Assembly (NCBI GenBank): GCA_905178155.1 | Contig: CAJINV010000003.1 | Span: 5,919,985-5,983,984 of the forward strand | Reading direction: 5' to 3' | Length of the DNA stretch: 64,000 nt | Source: Amoebophrya sp. A120 | Lineage: Eukaryota; Protista; Dinoflagellata | In this document: positions 22,255-33,886 of the stretch, piece by piece | How the letters are laid out: each line of letters begins with the position of its first letter | Numbering within the stretch: the first letter of the stretch is position 1 | Position numbers and translations under genes: made by a program | The notes under the pieces: generated by a model | Database searches by the model: none | What the model was told of the DNA's origin: nothing | Seen by the model: the letters and a program-made list of their open reading frames with translations, nothing else

Positions 22255-23508
22255 TTACGCTGCGGCTGCAGCTGCAGCATGCTCGCGCTCGCGACGCAGA
22301 GCATTGATCTTGCGGACATGTTCGTTTTTATTCAACAAAGTTTCCTCCTTCTCCTGCGCTGCAGCGTCGACGGCTGCCTGAACCTCCCCGAAGCGTTCCG
22401 GGCAGATAGATCGGGTTTTGTATACAATTTTTCCAGCAGTGTCTTTACCGAGCGGCACTTTCACAAGCAGTTTGTCGTCCTTTGTAAGGGATATGTGGGT
22501 GGGAAGGCGAATTGCGCGGAGGCCATCCAACAAACACTTCTTCGCGTTGGCCTTCACCAGCGGGTCGGCAGTTGGCGGCTTGCGGCGTACTAAAGGATCG
22601 GGCACAGCACCTGGCCCCTGCACCTGCTCTGCTTTCGTAACTTGCTCGGCAAACTCCCTGATGGCCTCACGCTCCTTCAGCTCCCGCATGTGTACAAAAG
22701 CGAGACGCAGGTTGCTGAACCACCCACGCTGGCCGTTATTGGCCTTCTTGCAGCTGTCGCACCCGCACGTGATCCACTGCAGCCGAAAGCGCACCGGCGG
22801 AACGCTGTCTTGCAGGAAATAGGCCCTGTACTGTGCAGGGTCGAAGGACGATGGTGAGCAACCGAAAAAAGGAAAAGCGCGAACCTCGTCGAGAATGTCA
22901 AAAAGCTCGTGGTGAAGGCCCTGCAGGTAGTGGTCTTCCTCCTCGGTGTGACCCGGTGTGCCTACCCGTCCGCACGTGGGGTGGCGCACTGTCAACGGGA
23001 CTGGTTGCTGCGTTCCAATGCAGTCCGTTAGCGCTGCGATGCCTATGTGCCTGGAAACTTTCCCCAGGAACTTCTTGTCATTAGTCCCGACCCCGTGCAC
23101 CCTTTCCTTTACGTTGTCCACAATTTGCTGGCGTGCAGAGTTGCTTTCTGGGGCCGGCGCGCAATGCCATCCATGCGACCAGTCCTGGGCTACTGGGCAG
23201 AGGGCGTCGTGCTCACTTAACTCGAAGTCACCTGTAGCCCCACCGACGATGTTCAGAGGATAGTGATCGAACTCCTCCCGTGCCCAATTCGCGTAGCCCC
23301 AAAACTCCTCCGAGTCTGCTACCCGGAAGCGATCATCCGGGCCCTGGCGATGAAAAGCGCATTTCTGGAGGTCGCCACATTTGCACCGAGTCGGGAACTC
23401 TAGGTCTTTGCGTACCTCCTTGCGCAAGTCCCGCAACTCACGCCCCAGCTCCGTCGTAGCCGAAAACTCACCAACCCGGATGTCAAACACTTCCCGGAAG
23501 ATATTCAT
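22255..23508 (-). CDS. Hypothetical Cys/His-containing protein with a possible C-terminal AP2/integrase-arm-like DNA-binding domain
   Basis: Intronless ORF of ~417 aa with CKC...C..H and CGCDSC motifs. The C-terminal LLVKVPLGKDTAGKIVYKTRSICPERFGEVQAAVDAA resembles a three-strand-plus-helix AP2-like fold (by eye only). Confidence 0.5.
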   Translation of the reverse strand: MNIFREVFDIRVGEFSATTELGRELRDLRKEVRKDLEFPTRCKCGDLQKCAFHRQGPDDRFRVADSEEFWGYANWAREEFDHYPLNIVGGATGDFELSEHDALCPVAQDWSHGWHCAPAPESNSARQQIVDNVKERVHGVGTNDKKFLGKVSRHIGIAALTDCIGTQQPVPLTVRHPTCGRVGTPGHTEEEDHYLQGLHHELFDILDEVRAFPFFGCSPSSFDPAQYRAYFLQDSVPPVRFRLQWITCGCDSCKKANNGQRGWFSNLRLAFVHMRELKEREAIREFAEQVTKAEQVQGPGAVPDPLVRRKPPTADPLVKANAKKCLLDGLRAIRLPTHISLTKDDKLLVKVPLGKDTAGKIVYKTRSICPERFGEVQAAVDAAAQEKEETLLNKNEHVRKINALRREREHAAAAAAA

Positions 23509-23753
23509 CCGCTCTCTCAATGTTCAGCTCTCTCAACTTCCCGGAAGTTCCGCTCTCTCAATGTTCAGCCGTTTTTCTTGGATATCAGCGAAAGAAGCTG
23601 ATCCAAACCTATCCAGAAGCATTGAAGTTTGATTGCACTAGCGCGGGTCTGAATCCCGGAGAACACAATAACAAAACCAAATTTTGATCTCGTAGTGTCT
23701 GTAGCAGCTTGAAATAGATGCCCGAAGTTGTAGCGAGCTTTCTCTGCCACTAC

Positions 23754-25664
23754 CTATCGTGGTGGCAGTGCCACTAAGCGTTCAGGGCCTGGGTGCGCCC
23801 CAAATGGCACATCAGGTGTGTATGCACAGGGAATGCTGCTATGCTCACTTAACGCTGGTGCGCCAAAGGCGTCCATTTTGCTTGCAGTGTGTGAGGCAAC
23901 ACTGCCGTCTTGCATTCGCCGCAACATGCTCGCGCGACTGAAATCAGGCAACGTCACATCCCGCGGCACGACGGCTTCATTCGCAACTCCTGCGAATTTC
24001 TGCGACGCAAGCGCATTTGGGTATAAATCTCGCTCAGGAGTAGAAGACGCACCCGGTCCTGAAAAGCTTGGTAGAGACGGGCCGGGACGATGGAGCGGCA
24101 GGAGAGCGGCTCCAGGAGGAGCGTGAGGTTGCGAAGATGTTGTCGGCCCTGCTGATTGCAGAGCCGGAGCGGCTTGCATCGTCGCGAGCGGGTGGGGATA
24201 TTGATCGGCTGCCGGGCTTGGGTTCCATCCCTCAAACGGGTTTGTTGCCGCTCTTTCGCCTGGGCTTCGTTTTTTCACATCGACGCGGGCCAAACTTTTC
24301 TGCAGCAGCCGTTGGCTGGCCATTTCCCGCTCTGCGTCCGGAATCGTTGTCTCTTGATACGTTTTGTTATCGGTCGGCGTTGTGGCTTGCGCCTGCTCCA
24401 CAGCGGGCGCGGCACACGCGGCGAGGTACGCAGCTTGGTTGTCGACGCCAAGGCTGAAAGCCGGCAAGTCATCTTGCTGTAGTTGTGCTGGACCCCCCAG
24501 AGTAGACGCAGCATTTGGTCTCGTCGGGCCGCCGGGATTAAGTGTTGCTCCTTCGGTGCCACAAGAAAACCCGGCAGGCCGAGTTGTTATCGACGGCTGT
24601 GTAAACTGTAATTGAAGTTGCTCGCCCAGGGGCCCTGGAACAGGTGGTCGGGTGCTGCTGCTCTGCTGCTCAATCATGAGCCCTCTTCCGGGAGGCTGTT
24701 GAGCCGGCGAATGATTAGCTGCGGTAAGTGCAGCTCCAGTTCCTCCTGGTGCGAACGATGGCAACTGAGCGATTGCATTGGCGCTTAATCCGCTCGGTGC
24801 GGCAAACGACGGCACGGTAACTAGTGGGTGCGGCGGCCCGGTCGTGGAAATCGGCGTCGCGGTATTTGTCGTGATATGTCCCGCCGCTGTCGCACCTCCA
24901 CCAGCAGAATCTTGTTCACCAAGCAGGGTTTCTCGGAAGTGATGCTCCCACGCGAGATTCAACGAGGCGAAGCGAACCCCAGTGGCTGTCTGCAGGTAGC
25001 TGGGCTTGCCACGTGTGGAGCGCGACTCCACCATGGTGAATCCCGGCGGCACCAGGGACTCGACGCGCGTCGCGTACTGTTCGAGGCTCCCGGCGGAGGA
25101 CAAGGGCGGGTCAATGGCTTTCCGAATGCAACTGGAGTGCGGACTCAGTTTTTTCTCTTTCAGCTCTCCGGTGGCGGGCAGCACAAAGCGGATGCAGAGA
25201 ACATCCGGGGTGCGGTCGTAGACAAAACCCGGGAACCAGGCTTGCAGGGAGCTGCTGTAGATGAGCAGAGCGGTGTGCCGGTCGTAACCGTCTGCCATCA
25301 CCGCCGGAGCTACGTTCGGCTCCGGTTGCTCGCCTGTTGAGGCAGCACGCCAGCTACTTGACCGGCCCGCAGAGCTAGCGGTCGTGCCGCCACGTGGTGG
25401 CGCGAACGCAGTTGGCTGCGAGTTGTGTGGAGCTGCAACTGCATAGCGCCCCGGGTGGTCCGGTCGACCAAGGGGAAGATCTGGTAGAGAGTTTTTCTCC
25501 GGGCTCCCTGACCCCCAGTCTGTCGCAGAGTTGTTCTCTTCATCCCCACTGGAGCCCCATCGTCCGTCCACACCACTTATCGTCTGCAAGGGACGGGGTT
25601 GTGGCAATAAATCCTTCTTCAAACCCTCGACAATTTCGGAGACACCCTCGCGGATCTTCTGCAT
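23754..25664 (-). CDS. Hypothetical low-complexity (P/A/S-rich) protein with a small beta-barrel-like domain and a WW-like segment
   Basis: Long ORF of ~636 aa from the first ATG. Globular-looking segments LLIYSSSLQAWFPGFV...LKEKKL and VPPGFTMVESRSTRGKPSY. Confidence 0.65.
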   Translation of the reverse strand: MQKIREGVSEIVEGLKKDLLPQPRPLQTISGVDGRWGSSGDEENNSATDWGSGSPEKNSLPDLPLGRPDHPGRYAVAAPHNSQPTAFAPPRGGTTASSAGRSSSWRAASTGEQPEPNVAPAVMADGYDRHTALLIYSSSLQAWFPGFVYDRTPDVLCIRFVLPATGELKEKKLSPHSSCIRKAIDPPLSSAGSLEQYATRVESLVPPGFTMVESRSTRGKPSYLQTATGVRFASLNLAWEHHFRETLLGEQDSAGGGATAAGHITTNTATPISTTGPPHPLVTVPSFAAPSGLSANAIAQLPSFAPGGTGAALTAANHSPAQQPPGRGLMIEQQSSSTRPPVPGPLGEQLQLQFTQPSITTRPAGFSCGTEGATLNPGGPTRPNAASTLGGPAQLQQDDLPAFSLGVDNQAAYLAACAAPAVEQAQATTPTDNKTYQETTIPDAEREMASQRLLQKSLARVDVKKRSPGERAATNPFEGWNPSPAADQYPHPLATMQAAPALQSAGPTTSSQPHAPPGAALLPLHRPGPSLPSFSGPGASSTPERDLYPNALASQKFAGVANEAVVPRDVTLPDFSRASMLRRMQDGSVASHTASKMDAFGAPALSEHSSIPCAYTPDVPFGAHPGPERLVALPPR

Positions 25665-26639
25665 GTTCGTCTTGCTTTCTTGTGCCGTACTCAAAAGAAG
25701 TTAGTTAGTACGTCGTGAAGCATATTTCTGTTTCTGTAGCCTTCAGTGATACTAAAAAAAATCCATTTAGCCGCTACCATGAAGTAGAAGAAGGTAACTT
25801 TCACGGAATTGAAGCAGCAGCATCGGCGTTTACGGTTGTGCCTGGTGACCTTCTTGAGTGCTGTGCACGAAGCGAAGGAAACAAAAACTCTGCTTCGCTC
25901 GGCAGTAACAGCCGTGGCGGTTCGTTGAACATGTCAGCGACTATTTGATTCTGCGGCATTCCGGTCCCCCGGTAAGGACTGCCGGTCTCACTCTCTTTTG
26001 TCCACCGCCCTATTGTACACATAAAAATATGATCATGTGAGGCAGAGGCACGATATCCTCACAGGACAGAAATTGTCAGTTACAGTTCTCAAACAAAGAC
26101 AACCTTCGGTTCTGTTTGCAAAAGCGGCTACCGCTCCTGAAGGAATACATGCGAGAAGGTACTTAAATTTTTATCCATATGTGTCATATATCTACATAAA
26201 CTTCAGTCAATGTTCCTCGTGTCAGTCGGCAGAAGTGTTGCATGTTGTCCGGTCGCTCACACATACCACCGTCGTGGTTCTATTATGAAACTACACTGTC
26301 GCCAGTAGTTGAGACCCTCGGTCGACTCGGGCGGATTTTTCATACGTCAAGCTTATTTGAGGCAACAAAAATGGCCGATAAACATAAGTCGCATGCATGG
26401 CGAGTGAAACTACTCCTTATGTGCCACCTTCACATTTATTTCTGCAAGAATATCAGCTCTCTGTTTGTGTTCGACTTCGATAGATGCGCCACACAAACTA
26501 TCTAGTAGAGGGGAAGGGGTCGTAAATGGTTATTCTACTAGCAGAAGCAGTCGGAATATCACTATGTGCGATAGGCCAGCACTCCTTGTTTCATAGTCGC
26601 CTCGCTTTATCAAGATTTCGTTTACAACAGCATCATTTT

Positions 26640-27818
26640 TCAGGCATCGCCCTGCTCTCCTTCGACCGGAATCAGTTTCCAAGTGAGGTCCAACAGCAGC
26701 GGGCGGCGGTTTGATGCCGTCATCTCCGCGTAGCAGTCCGAAGAGCTTGGACGGGGGCGATGACGCTTTATCATCTTACGCTTTGCGTGGGACTTCGCGA
26801 CCGGCCATCCCCCCGGCGGCGGAGCCGACCTGGGCCGTTGCAAATTCGGATTGTAGACCGGCAACGTTGCCCGGAAGAGCGCATTCGGCAGAGCGCTGCG
26901 GTGGGAGGCAGGGTGTTGCCCAGCCACTTCGTGCGGAAGAGCTAGCTTGATAGCTGGCGATCCGGAGCGTTGGTTCGGCAACACGGGTTCGGAAGCACTG
27001 GAAGCGAGCATCGTACTTACGACGTTTTGGGCCGTCTCGCAATCAGATTCGCAGCTGGAGAATTCGCAGGAGAGATGAATGTCATCCGCCTGATGGTTGT
27101 CGTGATAGTAGTTGTGCGACCCACCAGTGGTCGTGCGGGGCGGGAAGTCCCCGATGGGGCTGGGCGTTCTGCTACCTTTGAGACGACCGGCAGGGCTCGG
27201 CAAGGCAGAGCGCGGCCGCGCCTTGGCAGCTTGTTTTGTTTCTGCCGTGGCCGTACATGTTGAAACCATGCCGGCAGTTGTTGGGCGTGGCTCCTGCAAC
27301 TCCAAGTCTGTCGTTGTCAACGACCTGAAGGCAGGCACATAGGGACTGCTTGCTGGCGTGGACCTTGCGGCCGGCCCGGGCGCACCTCCAGTAGGTTTAT
27401 GTGGTCGCAGAGCATGAGCTCGGTTGAGACACTCGGTCATCCGGGCCATAGTAGAACTTGAGGTGGATGCGAACGAAGCGGCTCCGCCAAGTCTGGTGCG
27501 TCCGGAGGGCACAAGCGAGTCCAAAGCGGTTCTGCCCCCTGCTGGCGGCGAGGGTCTCGTGGGCCGTCGCGAAGCAGAACCACTGGCAAGACTTTTTGAG
27601 TATGTCGAGCCACTTGATGTTCTTCTGCTGTTGCTACCTCGGGAAGCGGACGATGACGTTGCGCCAGAGGTCGCCATTTGATCAAAGAAAGACCTCGATT
27701 CGCCCATGCGCACGATGGCACCACCGCTCCAAAGCGCGAGCAAAAATCGGCATTTTTTGCCTAACATACCTGGCGAACAACGCTCGCGCTGTCGTTCGGC
27801 TGGTGCGTTTCCCCAAGA
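26640..27818 (-). CDS. Hypothetical S/R/P-rich protein
   Basis: ORF of ~390-400 aa on the same strand as its neighbours. Start uncertain; no domain recognised. Confidence 0.5.
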   Translation of the reverse strand, partial: SWGNAPAERQRERCSPGMLGKKCRFLLALWSGGAIVRMGESRSFFDQMATSGATSSSASRGSNSRRTSSGSTYSKSLASGSASRRPTRPSPPAGGRTALDSLVPSGRTRLGGAASFASTSSSTMARMTECLNRAHALRPHKPTGGAPGPAARSTPASSPYVPAFRSLTTTDLELQEPRPTTAGMVSTCTATAETKQAAKARPRSALPSPAGRLKGSRTPSPIGDFPPRTTTGGSHNYYHDNHQADDIHLSCEFSSCESDCETAQNVVSTMLASSASEPVLPNQRSGSPAIKLALPHEVAGQHPASHRSALPNALFRATLPVYNPNLQRPRSAPPPGGWPVAKSHAKRKMIKRHRPRPSSSDCYAEMTASNRRPLLLDLTWKLIPVEGEQGDA

Positions 27819-28561
27819 CATACTGATACTCGACTTCCTCAAAACACTTTTTCCTTTCGTTTACTTGGTAGAAACGTAGCAATGGGGTCTTGTTTCATTC
27901 ATCTTGGACGGAAGAAAGCGAGATTGAGACACACGAACGCGCTTTTTAAATACGAAACTTGAAGAACGCCGCGGCCATCATCGGACCAACGGATCGCCGT
28001 CAAACAATCGACGCTCCTGTTTTCATATAGAAGATGAACGCAAACCAATAATCTGAACCAAAAATGGAGAGAATTGCACACAGGAAGTACTCACTTAAGA
28101 AGTAATGGAACAAAAGAGCAGGCGCTTTTCCTTTTTCTCGACACAGAGTTGATTTTCCGGTGGAGTGTATTCTTTAGGATGATGATAATGTCCAAAAAAT
28201 GTAGTCCTGCTAAGCATTTCGATTTCGACAATCATTCGATTCCAACTTCTGAAACATTGAAATGCACGGTAGCATGTTCTAGATCCTACAATGCGTGGTG
28301 TTATGAGGACTCGCACGGGATATGTATTTCGCTGTATTCCATCCACCCGTGTTATCGCCGCGGGTACCGATGGAGTAGAAGAACATTGTACATATTTTCC
28401 ATTTTCCGACACTATTAATTTCCTCCATCCTTCGAGCGCGACTCACAAGAAAAATAAAAAATGATTTAGAAGTTATTTATCGATATCGGCTGCATGTGCA
28501 TAAAGGTGGATTAACACAAACATATAGAGGTGATTCGCAAGCCCAAGCCCACGCTCTACCA

Positions 28562-31500
28562 TCATCGATTCTGGTGTCGGATGCTCTTGATAGCCAAAGC
28601 GCCCAAGGCGGAGAAAATGACCAGTTGCAGCGCCACCATGCCGAGGCACGCCCAGGAGTTCCCCATGATGTCTCCGTGCAACTCGTAGAAGTGCAAGACG
28701 TTGGTTGGCCTGTTTTCACGAAAAAAGAGCGGTAGGCCACCCGGTTCGGTAAGGTTGTCGTCTTGGTAATTGTTGATCATGATGGCGCCCCAGCTGTATC
28801 GCAGGAAGCTGATCCAGGAAAACCAGTACCAGCCATCCGGAATCTTGGAGAAAATCATGAAGAGTCCGCCAAAGTACATGCACACGGTCACGTAGGTGGG
28901 CAGCAGTGCGTTGGCTGCATCAATCGTGGGACACACCGCCGCACACAGGTACGCGAGTACGATGCCCACCATGGCGGTGGTGTAGTAAATCAGGATCAGC
29001 ATGAACAGGTTTCCACTCAAGCTGCAACCATAGTAGACCGGGATCATGAGCAGCAGCGAGGTGGTGGAGCAGAGAACGGACTCTTCCACGAACTTGGACA
29101 GGTAATAGGTCAGCGGACCTGGAATTCACGAGTTTTCATTTTATTTTGCTGGTTATTTCGGCAAGAAATTTTGAATAAACAGAGATTTGTTGTGGATGTT
29201 GAAGCGCAATAAGCACACACAGACATGAGTTTGAGTAGAGAAGGCGCATGCTGAGAACAAACACAAACAACTCTAAAGAGCTGAAATGCAATTTAAGTAT
29301 GCATGGCATGATGGTGGATAACAATATGTGTATCGAAAAAAATTCAAACTTTTCTTGGGCTTCCTTTTTGAATACCGTAGCATCCGTCGGCAGTCTCGCG
29401 GTAGTACAGCGGCCGGTCGAGCGTCAAGCTCGGGACGAACGCGGCAGCGCCGTAGCCGCAGAGCGCCACGATGAAATACAGCATGGCTGCGCAGGAGAGT
29501 ATGGACTGCGCGTCTTTCTGGGACCCAATATCCCAGTATAAGGAGAGGATGATGAAGCCCATGAAAATTTTGTCGCCGATGCGGGGACCGAGGAACTCCG
29601 GGTCCTTGTAGTGCGCGCGCATCCGGTACCGCAGCAAGGTTTTTAGTTTCGAGAACGAGCTCGGCGGGTTGTACCCAGCCGCGAGCTTTGCGGTACGGTC
29701 GTCGTTGGGGTCGGCCTTTTCTAGTTCGCCGACTTTATTGAGCAGTTCAGAGTAGTCCGGACTGCCAGCAAAGGCTGCGACCAGGTCGACCGCTTCGAAA
29801 GAAAAGGCTGGCTTATTATCTTTCGTCGCCCCTGCGACCACGGGCGTGTCCTCTTTCGAGGAACTTCTTGCCAGGAGTTCCGCGGGTGACGCCTCCTCCA
29901 AGTCGTAGGTGGTCTGGGACACGTTTCCGGAAGTGACATCGACGAGCCATTCCGGCAAACTGAAAGAACCAAAGTCAATGCGCTTTGGCTTGCTTTTCGA
30001 CCCCGCAGAGTCGTTCGTCACTACGCGCTGTCGCACGGTAGTGCCGTCCGCGACGTGCTTGTTCATCAATTCTTGTTCCATGGAAATCGCAACGTCTTGC
30101 TCGTCCTTCTTCTGTGCGGATGCCGTGCCGTCCGCGGCTTCGGTGGGAGCCACTGCGCCACTGCTATTAAACGGGGGCTGCACTACTTCCGGTAGCTGGA
30201 GTGGCTTGTCACCGGAGGCAGTAGTTGCGGCGAAATTTCCTTCAGAGGCGAAAACCTTTTCGAAGTAAGGTTGCGCTTTTCGCAATTCGCCGTGATAGAG
30301 CAAACACCCGTCCCGGAGCATCACCAACTCGTCGAACAGGGAAAAGGCCAAAGCTGTCGGACTGTGAATCGTGCACACGACGGTTCGCCCCTCGGCAGCC
30401 AGCGCTTTCAGCAACATCACCACCTCGTTCGCGGTGTAGCTGTCTAGGCCGCTCGTCGGCTCGTCCAGATAGATCACAGCCGGTCGGGTGATCAGCGCCA
30501 TGGCTATGTTCGTGCGCTTGGCCTATGATTATTTCCACATTTACAATTTTCACTGTTGTGCGGTCTTATTTTCATGATGAAGACTAGACTTCTAATTCCC
30601 ACTTGTAGCTCTTCAAACTAAAGACGAGCAACATTTTTATGCTACCGATCTCCTTACGACCAATAGAACTTTCAATGCAACGACATCGTTTTTGTCAACT
30701 TCTAGTGAATATGCAACATGATTGAAAGAACTTGATCAAGGCGCACCTGGCCGCCGGATATGCCCCTCTGCAGTACGGTTCCTATCTTCGTATCGGCGCA
30801 GGGCTGGAGGGAGAGTTTTCGAATTACGCTTTCCACGAGCCCCACGCGCTCCTCCCTGCCGATAGTCCTCGGGAGCTTCAGCTCAGCCGTGTAGAGGAGC
30901 ATCTCTCGAACTGTGAGTTCTCCCGCGAGGGTGTCAATATGGATGTGTCAGAGTTGAAATCGACAAAGTTGAAATAACTTCAACTTGTAATGCATAAAAT
31001 GCGACACAAAAAATGACTCTATTGCAGAGGACGTAAGGGAGGCAGATTATAGTCCTGGTAAGGGTCAAAAGTTGGACTGCTGACTAGCATGACAGAAGGC
31101 AGCTCTTTTGCCCTAAACCGCATGACAGACTCGCTTCCAGGACCGGGAAGAATTTGTCATGCACCGACTACAAACTGCAGGTCTAACTGGCATCCATTTT
31201 ATACATTTACATTGCAAATTATTTCAACTTTGTCGATTTCAAACCTGACACTCCCATAGTCAAACTGCTCGACGTAGCCGGTCACCATCGACAACATCTC
31301 CCGCTGCAAGGGCTGTCCAGCGTAGCAAATCGAGCCTTCGGTGTGCGCTTGTTGCATGGTTTTGCGTCCGGCCAGGAGGTCCATAAGTGTGGTCTTTCCG
31401 CTACCGGAGGGGCCCATCAAGGCAGTCAGCTTGCCCGGCTGGAAGCAGCCGGTTAGATTCTTCAAAATCTGCAACTGCTTCTTGTTCCCACTGTCATCCT

Positions 31501-31603
31501 TCGTTGGGAGCTCCACACGGTACGACAGATTTCGAAACGTGACCGGAATGCGCGCATCCGACGCATCCACGGTCACCGTGGTGCGTCTTTCGGGGGGCAT
31601 CAT
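28562..31603 (-). CDS. ABCG (White-type) half ABC transporter; exons 31603-31259, 30932-30747, 30522-29376, 29118-28562
   Basis: Walker A GPSGSGKTT; Q-loop YVEQFD|TLAGELTV; signature ISGGQ|AKR; Walker B YLDEPTSGLD; H-loop CTIHSP; C-terminal TM domain. GT-AG introns at 30523-30746 and 29119-29375, plus one introner. Confidence 0.93.
30938..31258. mobile_element. Introner, family E, 321 bp, in the ABCG nucleotide-binding domain
   Basis: ~40-bp IR with core ttgaaatcgacaaagttgaaataa; TAT...ATA ends; TSD GTCAA at 30933-30937 and 31259-31263. Confidence 0.92.
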
Positions 31604-33886
31604 CTTCTTGGCAAGTTTTACTTGATGACCATACAACTTCTGCTGGGAACCGAGGACTACTATCTCAATAAATGCGACTATGACTTACCAAAAGTGCAGT
31701 GGCGCGGCACTGTAGCGATCTCAGTGTCTCGAAACACGGCGTTGGAGACGTTGAAGGACTCAGCTCTATTAAGCACCTGTCGGGTTGTTCTAGAACGACT
31801 CAATAGGTTTGCGAGCGCAGTACAGGGACAATTTCTGCGCTTGCGATAGGGTTACGAGCAGGATGATCCTGCTGCACGGGGACCTTGAAGTTGAACGAGA
31901 AATAAAATCTATCACTTCATCCACACCCACCGCGGCGACGACCGCCCTTTGTATGACAATGGTTTTCATGCTCCTGCTCGCCTGGCGTTCTGGTTTTACA
32001 AAACAATCCGTTTGCGTTTTGCCCTGCGGAACGAATATTATGACAAAAATTGCAGCAAGGAATCAATCGGATCGGCGCGGCGTTTTACCGCCTTGGTGGT
32101 GTGGTGACCCGTACTCGGGGCTGCACGAGCTCCGGCGAGAGTTTTCATGAGCTAAAATCGACGAACTTTTCATGAGCTAAAATCGACGCTTACTGCTATA
32201 GGAGAGGCGGCCATCGATGAACTTGCACCCCTCCCACGATCAACCTTGGTATCGATGAACCTTGATAGGCTCGCACGCACTTGGTGTGGCGGCACAGCAG
32301 TTTTTTCTTTAGACACCTCGGAATAACCAATGAGATAATCATGTATCACTGCTTCGTAAGCATCTCAAGAGGTGCGTGAACAACGAGAAACCGATGTTAT
32401 GGAGTCATTCCGAAAATCTAACTTCGTCCGAGTAGTAAGTTGTACCCCGGCGGTATCTAAAATCGCATCCTGGGTGGAACACACATCCATATTATCCATT
32501 GGGCGTTGTGAGGTATGATGACGGTACGCGAACGGTGTCAGAGATCAACGTCCTTGGTCCCGTGTTGGTGTTCGTTGCAACAATCACATAGCAAATTTTG
32601 TTTAACAAGTCTACTTGTCGTTCTGCTTCTGTTAAATTGTCGAATGGTCAATACATATGTTTCATACAATTCTCTTCGATACATGCGGTAGATATTTTCA
32701 TGTTCAAACAAATTCTTGTTTTTTGCACTTCATACCTTCGATTCCGATGGGATTTCCGGGTTGTTTTTCAAGCACTGAGACTGGGCATGCAATCGCCGTC
32801 TGCGCTGAAAAACATCAAATCGCAACAATCCTCCAAGAAGTATGTGAATTGTCTTTGTGATTATACTGCATTTTCCAAAAAAATTTCAAGACTTTGTTTC
32901 GTAAAAGAGACAGCCTTCGAATTTATTTCATAAACCTACTTCCTCCCTGTCGACGACGCTGTTTTTGAAGATTTTGCCTTTCGCTAGTAGTTCGTAAGGT
33001 GATATTAACAAGTATTGAGATACAACTGCGGCTTCGATATCCGCAAGCTACTACCCACAGGAGCTCCGAAGACTGCGATTCTATTGTCTATGAAGCGCAT
33101 GTGCATGCAAATGCAATCCTCGATGATTTCGAAACATTTTTTGCTTTTTCGAGCAGACAACAGATGCAGATTGTAGAAGTAGTAGAAGTTGTACATGTAC
33201 TGAAAACATAGTATACTGTACATGTGTAGTTTGATGTCCTCGTGATCGTTGATGCACTTTCGTATCGAGCGAGTATTTTTAACTAGTAGTACTGAAGCGT
33301 TTTCTTCCCGCGGCGCCACATCCTCTGGCACCAGCATCTTCGATACTTAGAGGTGTTTATTTGCTCGGTTTCATACAGGTAAAGTATCTAGCAGTTTTCT
33401 GTATCCTGTCGACACGACCCTTTGTTCTACTTTGTTCAATGCTACATGAAAGAAAGTAAATTTGCGATGGAGAAGCCACTTCATTGGCATCGGATTCCGT
33501 TCATCGTCAGCCTCGCCAGGTGTATAGGTCTGTGTGCGCAGGGGCAGGCAAGCCGGCGGCAAAGCCACAAGATGATTCGGATTGGCACTGTTCATTACTT
33601 AGTCGAGAGGAAGCGACGGGCAGGTTGCGTTCGTGAAGCTCCAGTGTCGTGGTCGGCTACTTCTTGCCTCCTTTTCCGTGTGCGCCTCCCTTTTTCCACC
33701 CTTTGTAGCCCTGCTTCCCGTATCCCTTCCCAACGGTAGAGTTCGCAGCGTACCTGCAAATATAAATTTTCATCTGGCAAAAAATCACCACCTTTCTTGC
33801 CCCTAAAAATTCTGAACGTTAGAGTCATATGATACTGCTAAGTCCTTACGGAGGACGATGCCGAGGAAACAAAAAACACGGGAGCA

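Noticed and set aside
32142-32188. 22-bp direct repeat ttttcatgagctaaaatcgacg
   Set aside because: It is an isolated local duplication in intergenic DNA with no further structure.
32598-33828. Possible small gene or degenerate element between ABCG and CAF1
   Set aside because: Only short ORFs without motifs are present, and no consistent exon chain could be built.
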